From NCBI GenBank assembly GCA_964016885.1, contig OZ024740.1, forward strand, positions 417,508,001 through 417,572,000: 64,000 nucleotides of DNA. The letters run 5' to 3'. A program made the position numbers and the translations under genes. The notes under the pieces were generated by a model that saw only the letters and a program-made list of their open reading frames with translations, did no database searches and was not told where the DNA came from. Each line of letters starts with the position of its first letter. Position 1 is the stretch's first letter. Shown piece by piece: positions 52,626-64,000 of the stretch. Source of the stretch: Eledone cirrhosa. Lineage: Eukaryota.

Positions 52626-53629
52626 AGGAAATAGTCTCTGAATTGAGAGACCACAGCTCTGATATTACAGACATGTGGTTAGAATGTCTCAGGAAAGAAT
52701 CTCTGAATTGAGAGATCACAGCTCTGATATTACAGACATGTGGTTAGAATGTCTCAGGAAAGAATCTCTGAATTGAGAGATCACAGCTCTGATATTAAAG
52801 ACATGTGGTTAGAATGTCTCAGGAAAGAGTCTCTGAATTGAGAGATCACAGCTCTGATATTGCAGACATGTGGTTAGAATGTCTCAGGAAAGAGTCTCTC
52901 AATTGAGAGACCACAGCTCTGATACTACAGACATGTGGTTAGAATGTCTCAGGAAAGAATCTCTGAATTGTGAGATCACAGCTCTGATATTAAAGACATG
53001 TGGTTAGAATGTCTCTGGAAAGAGTCTCTGAATTGAGAGATCACAGCTCTGATATTACTAGACATGTGGTTAGAATGTCTTAGGAAAAAGTCTCTCAATT
53101 GAGAGACCACAGCTCTGATATTACAGACATGTGGCTAGAATGTCTCAGGAATGAGTCTCTGAATTGAGAGACCACAGATCTGATACTACAGACATGTGGT
53201 TAGAATGTCTCAGGAAAGAGTCTCTGAATTGAGAGACAACGGCTCTGATATAACAGACATGTGGTCAGAATGTCTCAGGAAAGAACCTCTGAATTGAGAG
53301 ACCTCAGCTCTGATATTACAAACATGTGGTTAGAATGTCTCAGGAAAGAATCTCTGAATTGAGAGACCACAGCTCTGATATTACAGACATGTGGTTAGAA
53401 TGTCTCAGGAAAGAATCTCCGAATTGAGAGACCACAGCTCTGATACTACAGACATGGGGCTAGAATGTCTCAAGAAAGAGTCTCTCAATTGAGAGACCAC
53501 AGCTCTGATATTACAGACATGGGGATAGAATGTCTCAGGAAAGAGTCTCTGAATTGAGAGACCACAGCTCTGATATTACAGACATGTGGTTAGAATGTCT
53601 CAGGAAAGAGTCTCTGAATTGAGAGACCA

Positions 53630-56600
53630 CAGCTCTGATATTACAAACATGGGGTTAGAATGTCTCAGGAAAGAGTCTCTGAATTGATAGTCCACAGCTC
53701 TGATATTACAGACATGTGGTTAGAATGTCTCAGGAAAGAATCTCTGAATTGAGAGATAACAGCTCTAATATTACAGACATGTGGTTAGAATGTCTCAGGA
53801 AAGAATCTCTGAATTGAGAGATCACAGCTCTGATATTACAGACATGTGGTTAGAATGTCTCAGGAAAGAGTCTCTGAATTGAGAGATCACAGCTCTGATA
53901 TTACAGACATGTGGGTAGAATGTCTCAGGAAAGAACCTCTGTATTGAGAGACCCCAGCTCTGATATTACAGACATGTGGCTAGAATGTCCTAGGAAAGAG
54001 TCTCTGAATTGAGAGACCACAGCTCTGATACTACAGACTTGTGGTTAGAATGTCTCTGGAAAGAATCTCTGAATTAAGAGATCACAGCTCTGATATTACA
54101 GGCATGTGGCTAGAATGTCTCAGGAAAGAATCTCTGAATTGAGAGACCATAGCTCTGATACTACAGATATGTGGTTAGAATGTCTCAGGAAAGAATCTCT
54201 GAATTGAGAGATCACAGCTCTGATATTACAGACACGTGGTTAGAATGTCTCAGGAAAGAACCTCTGAATTGAGAGACGACAGCTCTGATATTACAGACAT
54301 GTGGCTGGAATGTCTCAGGAAAGAATCTCTGAATTGAGAGACCATAGCTCTGATATTACTAAACATGTGGTTAGAATGTCTCAGTAAAGAATCTATCTCT
54401 GAATTGAGAGAACACAGCTCTGATACTACAGACATGTGGTTAGAATGTCTCAAGAAAGAGTCTCTCAATTGAGAGACCACAGATCTGATATTACAGACAT
54501 GTGGCTAGAATGTCTCAGGAAAGAGTCTCTGGATTGAGAGATCACAGTTCTGATATTACAGACATGTGGTTAGAATGTCTCAGGAAAGAATCTCCGAATT
54601 GAGAGACCACAGCTCTGATACTACAGACATGTGGTTAGAATGTCTCAGGAAAGAATCTCTGAATTGAGAGACCACAGCTCTGATACTACAGACATGGGGT
54701 TAGAATGTCTCAGGAAAGAGTCTCTGAATTGAGAGATCACAGCTCTGATATTACAGACATGTGGTTAGAATGTCTCAGGAAATAGTCTCTGAATTGAGAG
54801 ACCACAGCTCTGATATTACAGACATGTGGTTAGAATGTCTCAGGAAAGAATCTCCGAATTGAGAGAACACAGCTCTGATACTAAAGACATGTGGTTAGAA
54901 TGTCTCAGGAAAGAATCTCTGAATTGAGAGACCACAGCTCTGATACTACAGACATGGGATTAGAATCACTCAGGAAAGAGTCTCTGAATTGAGAGACCAC
55001 AGCTCTGATATTACAAACATGTGGTTAGAATGTCTCAGGAAAGAGTCTCTGAATTGAGAGACCACAGCTCTGATACTACAGACTTGTGGTTAGAATGTCT
55101 CTGGAAAGAATCTCTGAATTGAGAGATCACAGCTCTGATATTACAGGCATGTGGCTAGAATGTCTCAGGAAAGAATCTATCTCTGAATTGAGAGACCACA
55201 GCTCTGATACTACAGACATGGGGTTAGAATGTCTCAAGAAAGAGTCTCTCAATTGAGAGACCACAGCTCTGATATTACAGACATGTGGCTAGAATGTCTC
55301 AGGAAAGAGTCTCTGAATTGAGAGATCACAGCTCTGATGTTACAGACATGTGGTTAGAATGTCTCAGGAAAGAGTCTCTGAATTGAGAGACCACAGCTCT
55401 GATACTACAGACTTGTGGTTAGAATGTCTCTGGAAAGAATCTCTGAATTGAGAGATCACAGCTCTGATATTACAGGCATGTGGCTAGAATATCTCAGGAA
55501 AGAATCTATCTCTGAATTGAGAGACCACAGCTCTGATACTACAGACATGGGGTTAGAATGTCTCAAGAAAGAGTCTCTCAATTGAGAGACCACAGCTCTG
55601 ATATTACAGACATGTGGCTAGAATGTCTCAGGAAAGAGTCTCTGAATTGAGAGATCACAGCTCTGATGTTACAGACATGTGGTTAGAATGTCTCAGGAAA
55701 GAGTCTTTGAATTGAGAGATCACAGGTCTGATATTACAGACATGTGGGTAGAATGTCTCAGGAAAGAACCTCTGAATTGAGAGACCACAGATCTGATATT
55801 ATAGACATGTGGCTAGAATGTCTCAGGAAAGAGTCTCTGGATTGAGAGATCACAGCTCTGATATTACAGTCATGTGGTTAGAATGTCTCAGGAAAGAGTC
55901 TCTCAATTGAGAGACCACAGCTCTGATATTACAGACATGTGGCTAGAATGTCTCAGGAAAGAGTCTTTGAATTGAGAGACCACAGCTCTGATATTACTGG
56001 CATGTGGCTAGAATGTCTCAGGAAAGAATCTCTGAATTGAGAGACCACAGATCTGATACTACAGACATGTGGTTAGAATGTCTCTGGAAAGAATCTCTGT
56101 ATTGAGAGACCACAGCTTTGATATTACAGACATGTGGTTAGAATGTCTCAGGAAAGAATCTCTTAATTGAGAGACCCCAGCTCTGATACTACAGACATGT
56201 GGCTAGAATGTCTCAGGAAAGAGTCTCTGAATTGAGAGACCACAGCTCTGATATTACAGACATGCGGCTAGAATGTCTCAGGAAAGAGTCTCTAAATCGA
56301 GAGACCACAGCTCTGATATTACAGACATGTGGTTAGAATGTCTCAGGAAAGAATCTCCGAATTGAGACACCACAGCTCTAATATTACAGACATGTGGTTA
56401 GAATGTCTCAGGAAAGAGTCTCTGAATTGAGAGACCACAGCTCTGATCTTACAGACATGTGGTTAGAATGTCTCAAGAAAAAGTCTCTCAATTGAGAGAC
56501 CACAGCTCTGATATTACAGACATGTGGGTGGAATGTCTCAGGAAAGAATCTCTGAATTGAGAGACCACAGCTCTGATATTACTAGACATGTGGTTAGAAT

Positions 56601-59600
56601 GTCTCAATAAAGAATCTATCTCTGAATTGAGAGACCACAGCTCTGATACTACAGAGATGTGGTTAGAATGTCTCAAGAAAGAGTCTCTGAATTGAGAGAC
56701 CACAGCTCTGATATTACAGACATGTGGCTAGAATGTCTCAGGAAAGAGTCTCTGAATTGAGAGATCACAGCTCTGATGTTACAGACATGTGGTTACAATG
56801 TCTCAGGAAAGAATCTCTGAATTGAGAGACCACAGCTCTGATATTACAGACATGTGGCTAGAATGTCTCAGGAAAGAGTATTTGAATTGAGAGATCACAG
56901 CTCTGATATTACAGACATGTGGGTAGAATGTCTCAGAAAAGAACCTCTGAATTGAGAGACCACAGATCTGATATTACAGACATGTGGCTTGAATGTCTCA
57001 GGAAAGAGTCTCTGGATTGAGAGATCACAGCTCTGATATTACAGACACGTGGTTAGAATGCCTCAGGAAAGAATCTCCGAATTGAGAGACCACAGCTCTG
57101 ATACTACAGACATGTGGTTAGAATGTCTCAGGAAAGAATCTCTGAATTGAGAGACCACAGCTCTGATACTACAGACATGGGGTTAGAATGTCTCAGGAAA
57201 GAGTCTCTGAATTGAGAGATCACAGCTCTGATATTACAGACATGTGGTTAGAATGTCTCAGGAAATAGTCTCTGAATTGAGAGACCACAGCTCTGATATT
57301 ACAGACATGTGGTTAGAATGTCTCAGGAAAGAGTCTCTGGATTGAGAGATCACAGTTCTGATATTACAGACATGTGGTTAGAATGTCTCAGGAAAGAATC
57401 TCCGAATTGAGAGACCACAGCTCTGATACTACAGACATGTGGTTAGAATGTCTCAGGAAAGAGTCTCTGAATTGAGAGATTACAGCTCTGATATTACAGA
57501 CATGTGGTTAGAATGTCTCAGGAAATAGTCTCTGAATTGAGAGACCACAGCTCTGATATTACAGACATGTGGTTAGAATGTCTCAGGAAAGAATCTCCGA
57601 ATTGAGAGAACACAGCTCTGATACTACAGACATGTGGTTAGAATGTCTCAGGAAAGAATCTCTGAATTGAGAGACCACAGCTCTGATACTACAGACATGG
57701 GATTAGAATCTCTCAGGAAAGAGTCTCTGAATTGAGAGACCACAGCTCTGATATTACAAACATGTGGTTAGAATGTCTCAGGAAAGAGTCTCTGAATTGA
57801 GAGACCACAGCTCTGATACTACAGACTTGTGGTTAGAATGTCTCTGGAAAGAATCTCTGAATTGAGAGATCACAGCTCTGATATTACAGGCATGTGGCTA
57901 GAATGTCTCAGGAAAGAATCTATCTCTGAATTGAGAGACCACAGCTCTGATACTACAGACATGGGGTTAGAATGTCTCAAGAAAGAGTCTCTCAATTGAG
58001 AGACAACAGCTCTGATATTACAGACATGTGGCTAGAATGTCTCAGGAAAGAGTCTCTGAATTGAGAGATCACAGCTCTGATGTTACAGACATGTGGTTAG
58101 AATGTCTCAGGAAAGAGTCTCTGAATTGAGAGACCACAGCTCTGATACTACAGACTTGTGGTTAGAATGTCTCTGGAAAGAATCTCTGAATTGAGAGATC
58201 ACAGCTCTGATATTACAGGCATGTGGCTAGAATATCTCAGGAAAGAATCTATCTCTGAATTGAGAGACCACAGCTCTGATACTACAGACATGGGGTTAGA
58301 ATGTCTCAAGAAAGAGTCTCTCAATTGAGAGACCACAGCTCTGATATTACAGACATGTGGCTAGAATGTCTCAGGAAAGAGTCTCTGAATTGAGAGATCA
58401 CAGCGCTGATGTTACAGACATGTGGTTAGAATGTCTCAGGAAAGAGTCTTTGAATTGAGAGATCACAGGTCTGATATTACAGACATGTGGGTAGAATGTC
58501 TCAGGAAAGAACCTCTGAATTGAGAGACCACAGATCTGATATTATAGACATGTGGCTAGAATGTCTCAGGAAAGAGTCTCTGGATTGAGAGATCACAGCT
58601 CTGATATTACAGTCATGTGGTTAGAATGTCTCAGGAAAGAGTCTCTCAATTGAGAGACCACAGCTCTGATATTACAAACATGGGGTTAGAATGTCTCAGG
58701 AAAGAGTCTCTGAATTGATAGTCCACAGCTCTGATATTACAGACATGTGGTTAGAATGTCTCAGGAAAGAATCTCTGAATTGAGAGATAACAGCTCTAAT
58801 ATTACAGACATGTGGTTAGAATGTCTCAGGAAAGAATCTCTGAATTGAGAGATCACAGCTCTGATATTACAGACATGTGGTTAGAATGTCTCAGGAAAGA
58901 GTCTCTGAATTGAGAGATCACAGCTCTGATATTACAGACATGTGGGTAGAATGTCTCAGGAAAGAACCTCTGTATTGAGAGACCCCAGCTCTGATATTAC
59001 AGACATGTGGCTAGAATGTCTCAGGAAAGAGTCTCTGAATTGAGAGACCACAGCTCTGATACTACAGACATGTGGTTAGAATGTCTCTGGAAAGAATCTC
59101 TGAATTAAGAGATCACAGCTCTGATATTACAGGCATGTGGCTAGAATGTCTCAGGAAAGAATCTCTGAATTGAGAGACCATAGCTCTGATACTACAGATA
59201 TGTGGTTAGAATGTCTCAGGAAAGAATCTCTGAATTGAGAGATCACAGCTCTGATATTACAGACACGTGGTTAGAATGTCTCAGGAAAGAACCTCTGAAT
59301 TGAGAGACGACAGCTCTGATATTACAGACATGTGGCTGGAATGTCTCAGGAAAGAATCTCTGAATTGAGAGACCACAGCTCTGATATTACTAGACATGTG
59401 GTTAGAATGTCTCAGTAAAGAATCTATCTCTGAATTGAGAGAACACAGCTCTGATACTACAGACATGTGGTTAGAATGTCTCAAGAAAGAGTCTCTCAAT
59501 TGAGAGACCACAGATCTGATATTACAGACATGTGGCTAGAATGTCTCAGGAAAGAGTCTCTGGATTGAGAGATCACAGCTCTGATATTACAGACATGTGG

Positions 59601-61210
59601 TTAGAATGTCTCAGGAAAGAATCTCCGAATTGAGAGACCACAGCTCTGATACTACAGACATGTGGTTAGAATGTCTCAGGAAAGAATCTCTGAATTGAGA
59701 GACCACAGCTCTGATACTACAGACATGGGGTTAGAATGTCTCAGGAAAGAGTCTCTGAATTGAGAGATCACAGCTCTGATATTACAGACATGTGGTTAGA
59801 ATGTCTCAGGAAATAGTCTCTGAATTGAGAGACCACAGCTCTGATATTACAGACATGTGGTTAGAATGTCTCAGGAAAGAATCTCCTAATTGAGAGACCA
59901 CAGCTCTGATACTACAGACATGTGGTTAGAATGTCTCAGGAAAGAATCTCTGAATTGAGAGACCACAGCTCTGATACTACAGACATGGGATTAGAATGTC
60001 TAAGGAAAGAGTCTCTGAATTGAGAGACCACAGCTCTGATATTACAAACATGTGGTTAGAATGTCTCAGGAAAGAGTCTCTGAATTGAGAGACCACAGCT
60101 CTGATACTACAGACTTGTGGTTAGAATGTCTCTGGAAAGAATCTCTGAATTGAGAGATCACAGCTCTGATATTACAGGCATGTGGCTAGAATGTCTCAGG
60201 AAAGAATCTATCTCTGAATTGAGAGACCACAGCTCTGATACTACAGACATGGGGTTAGAATGTCTCAAGAAAGAGTCTCTCAATTGAGAGACCACAGCTC
60301 TGATATTACAGACATGTGGCTAGAATGTCTCGGGAAAGAGTCTCTGAATTGAGAGATCACAGCTCTGATGTTACAGACATGTGGTTAGAATGTCTCAGGA
60401 AAGAGTCTTTGAATTGAGAGATCACAGCTCTGATATTACAGACATGTGGGTAGAATGTCTCAGGAAAGAACCTCTGAATTGAGAGACCACAGATCTGATA
60501 TTATAGACATGTGGCTAGAATGTCTCAGGAAAGAGTCTCTGGATTGAGAGATCACAGCTCTGATATTACAGTCATGTGGTTAGAATGTCTCAGGAAAGAG
60601 TCTCTCAATTGAGAGACCACAGCTCTGATATTACAGACATGTGGCTAGAATGTCTCAGGAAAGAGTCTTTGAATTGAGAGACCACAGCTCTGATATTACA
60701 GGCATGTGGCTAGAATGTCTCAGGAAAGAATCTCTGAATTGAGAGACCACAGATCTGATACTACAGACATGTGGTTAGAATGTCTCTGGAAAGAATCTCT
60801 GAATTGAGAGACCACAGCTTTGATATTACAGACATGTGGTTAGAATGTCTCAGGAAAGAATCTCTGAATTGAGAGACCACAGCTCTGATACTACAGACAT
60901 GTGGCTAGAATGTCTCAGGAAAGAGTCTCTGAATTGAGAGACCACAGCTCTGATATTACAGACATGCGGTTAGAATGTCTCAGGAAAGAGTCTCTAAATC
61001 GAGAGACCACAGCTCTGATATTACAGACATGTGGTTAGAATGTCTCAGGAAAGAATCTCCGAATTGAGACACCACAGCTCTAATATTACAGACATGTGGT
61101 TAGAATGTCTCAGGAAAGAGTCTCTGAATTGAGAGACCACAGCTCTGATATTACAGACATGTGGTTAGAATGTCTCAAGAAAAAGTCTCTCAATTGAGAG
61201 ACCACAGCTC
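53630..61210. repeat. Mosaic duplications with offsets of 77 monomers (5031 bp) and 42-43 monomers (2743-2808 bp)
   Basis: GATAGTCCAC 53686/58717 and ORF-track 54250/59281 (offset 5031). CACAGTTCTG 54543/57351 (2808). CACAGGTCTG 55721/58464 (2743). Confidence 0.8.
55020..55690. repeat. Local 5-monomer tandem duplication (329 bp), also present at about 57770-58430
   Basis: GACTTGTGG at 55081/55410 and 57824/58153 (offset 329 = 5x65+4, including one ATCT insertion). The related block near 60112 has a single copy. Confidence 0.85.
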
Positions 61211-64000
61211 TGATATTACAGACATGTGGCTAGAATGTCTCAGGAAAGAGTCTCTGAATTGAGAGACCACAGCTCTGATATTAAAGACATGTGGCTAGAA
61301 TGTCTCAGGAAAGAGTCTTTGAATTGAGAGACCACAGCTCTGATACTACAGGCATGTGGTTAGAATGTCTCAGGAAAGAATCTCTGAATTGAGAGATCGC
61401 AGCTCTGATACTACAGACATGTGGTTAGAATGTCTCAGGAAAGAACCTCTGAATTGAGAGACCTCAGCTCTGATATTACAAACATGTGGTTAGAATGTCT
61501 CAGGAAAGAGTCTCTGAATTGAGAGACCACAGCTCTGATATTACAAACATGTGGTTAGAATGTCTCAGGAAAGAGTCTCTGAATTGAGAGACCACAGCTC
61601 TGATATTACAGACTTGTGGTTAGAATGTCTCTGGAAAGAATCTCTGAATTGAGAGATCACAGCTCTGATATTACAGGCATGTGGCTAGAATGTCTCAGGA
61701 AAGAATCTCTGAATTGAGAGACCACAGCTCTGATACTACAGGCATGTGGTTAGAATGTCTCAGGAAAGAATCTCTGAATTGAGAGATCACAGCTCTGATA
61801 TTACAGACATGTGGTTAGAATGTCTCAGGAAAGAATCTCTGAATTGAGAGATCACAGCTCTGATATTACAGACATGTGGTTAGAATATCTCAGGAAAGAA
61901 TCTCTGAATTGAGAGATCACAGCTCTGATATTACAGACATGTGGCTAGAATGTCTCAGGAAAGAACCTCTGAATTGAGAGACCACAGCTCTGATATTACA
62001 GACATGTGGCTAGAATGTCTCAAGAAAGAGTCTCTCAATTGAGAGACCACAGCTCTGATATTACAGACATGTGGCTAGAATGTCTCAGGAAAGAGTCTTT
62101 GAATTGAGAGACCACAGCTCTGATATTACAGGCATGTGGCTAGAATGTCTCAGGAAAGAATCTCTGAATTGAGAGACCACAGCTCTGATACTACAGACAT
62201 GTGGTTAGAATGTCTCTGGAAAGAATCTCTGAATTGAGAGACCACAAATTTGATATTACAGACATGTGGTTAGAATGTCTCAGGAAAGAATCTCTGAATT
62301 GAGAGACCACAGATCTGATATTACAGACATGTGGCTAGAATGTCTCAGGAAAGAGTCTCTGAATTGAGAGACCACAGCTCTGATATTACAGACATGTGGC
62401 TAGAATGTCTCAGGAAAGAGTCTCTAAATTGAGAGACCACAGCTATGATATTACAGACATGTGGTTAGAATGTCTCAGGAAAGAATCTCCGAATTGAGAG
62501 ACCACAGCTCTAATATTACAGACATGTGGTTAGAATGTCTCAGGAAAGAGTCTCTGAATTGAGAGACCACAGCTCTGATATTACAGACATGTGGTTAGAA
62601 TGTCTCAAGAAAAAGTCTCTCAATTGAGAGACCACAGCTCTGATATTACAGACATGTGGCTAGAATGCCTCAGGAAAGAGTCTCTGAATTGAGAGACCAC
62701 AGCTCTGATATTAAAGACATGTGGCTAGAATGTCTCAGGAAAGAGTCTCTGAATTGAGAGACAACGGCTCTGATATTACAGACATGTGGTTAGAATGTCT
62801 CAGGAAAGAACCGCTGAATTGAGAGACCTCAGCTCTGATATTACAGACATGTGGTTAGAATGTCTCGGGAAAGAATCTCTGAATTGAGAGACCACAGCTC
62901 TGCTACTACAGGCATGTGGTTAGAATGTCTCAGGAAAGAATCTCTGAATTGAGAGATCACAGCTCTAATACTACAGACATGTGGTTAGAATGTCTCAGGA
63001 AAGAACCTCTGAATTGTGAGACCTCAGCTCTGATATTACAAACATGTGGTTAGAATGTCTCAGGAAAGAGTCTCTGAATTGAGAGACCACAGCTCTGATA
63101 TTACAAAAATGTGGTTAGAATGTCTCAGGAAAGAGTCCTGAATTGAGAGACCACAGCTCTGATACTACAGACTTGTGGTTAGAATGTCTCTGGAAAGAAT
63201 TTCTGAATTGAGAGATCACAGCTCTGATATTACAGGCATGTGGCTAGAATGTCTCAGGAAAGAATCTCTGAATTGAGAGACCACAGCTCTGATACTACAG
63301 ATATGTAGTTAGAATGTCTCAGGAAAGAGTCTCTGAATTGAGAGACCCCAGCTCTGATACTACAGGCATGTGGTTAGAATGTCTCAGGAAAGAATCTCTG
63401 AATTGAGAGATCACAGCTCTGATATTACAGACACGTGGTTAGAATGTCTCAGGAAAGAACCTCTGAATTGAGAGACGACAGCTCTGATATTACAGACATG
63501 TGGCTGGAATGTCTCAGGAAAGAACCTCTGAATTGAGAGACCACAGATCTGATATTACAGACATGTGGCTAGAATGTCTCAGGAAAGAGTCTCTGGATTG
63601 AGAGATCACAGCTCTGATATTACAGACACGTGGTTAGAATGCCTCAGGAAAGAATCTCCGAATTGAGAGACCACAGCTCTGATACTACAGACATGGGGTT
63701 AGAATGTCTCAGGAAAGAGTCTCTGAATTGAGAGATCACAGCTCTGATATTACAGACATGTGGTTAGAATGTCTCAGGAAATAGTCTCTGAATTGAGAGA
63801 CCACAGCTCTGATATTACAGACATGTGGTTAGAATGTCTCAGGAAAGAATCTCTGAATTGAGAGATCACAGCTCTGATATTACAGACATGTGGTTAGAAT
63901 GTCTCAGGAAAGAATCTCTGAATTGAGAGATCACAGCTCTGATATTAAAGACATGTGGTTAGAATGTCTCAGGAAAGAGTCTCTGAATTGAGAGATCACA

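Larger units (their letters stand above)
1..64000. repeat. Satellite DNA array: about 985 head-to-tail copies of a 65-bp monomer, running off both ends of the window
   Basis: GAATGTCTCAGGAAAG recurs every 65 bp (1, 66, 131, 196...) through the whole window. Most monomers differ from the consensus by a few substitutions. The main polymorphic monomer positions are 18 (A/G), 35 (C/T), 49 (T/C) and 63 (T/C). No non-repeat sequence was seen. Confidence 0.99.

Noticed and set aside
22530-59511. Ten 71-78 aa ORFs in the supplied track
   Set aside because: All lie over the same variant monomer cluster, where the +1 and +4 indels and substitutions happen to bypass stop codons. The 65-bp unit is not a multiple of 3 and carries TGA/TAG stops. 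The starts I checked are GTG inside repeat sequence, overlapping ORFs occur on both strands, and I recognise no protein domain.
1-64000. CRISPR array (65-bp period with palindromic segments)
   Set aside because: The entire unit is conserved. There are no unique spacers, leader or cas genes.
1-64000. Transposon insertions, inversions, tRNA/5S/snRNA tandem genes or integron attC array
   Set aside because: I saw no break in periodicity or strand switch, no cloverleaf or Pol III A/B boxes, and no cassette ORFs between repeats.
1-64000. Variants acting as a programmed code or diversity-generating cassette system
   Set aside because: Variant order is explained by ordinary block duplication and deletion. 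No recombinase, reverse transcriptase or expression locus is present in the window.

Overview
The whole 64-kb window is one uninterrupted head-to-tail tandem array (satellite DNA) of a 65-bp monomer, about 985 copies, all in the same orientation. The consensus is GAATGTCTCAGGAAAGARTCTCTGAATTGAGAGAYCACAGCTCTGATATTACAGACATGTGGYTA (about 41% GC, no CpG). I saw no genes, RNA genes, transposons, unique spacers or inversions. The listed ORFs are by-products of indel-bearing monomers. The monomer is built from overlapping quasi-palindromes. Diagnostic variant monomers show nested, in-register duplications of 2, 3, 5, 36, 39, 42-43, 53, 73-74, 77 and 184-186 monomers rather than one fixed higher-order repeat, and two junctions can be mapped to about 7 bp. 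The layout is typical of a eukaryotic centromeric, pericentromeric or other heterochromatic array, but I cannot assign a species or a named satellite family from the sequence alone. I found no evidence of a novel protein-coding system. All offsets were read by hand from marker variants, so block boundaries are approximate.
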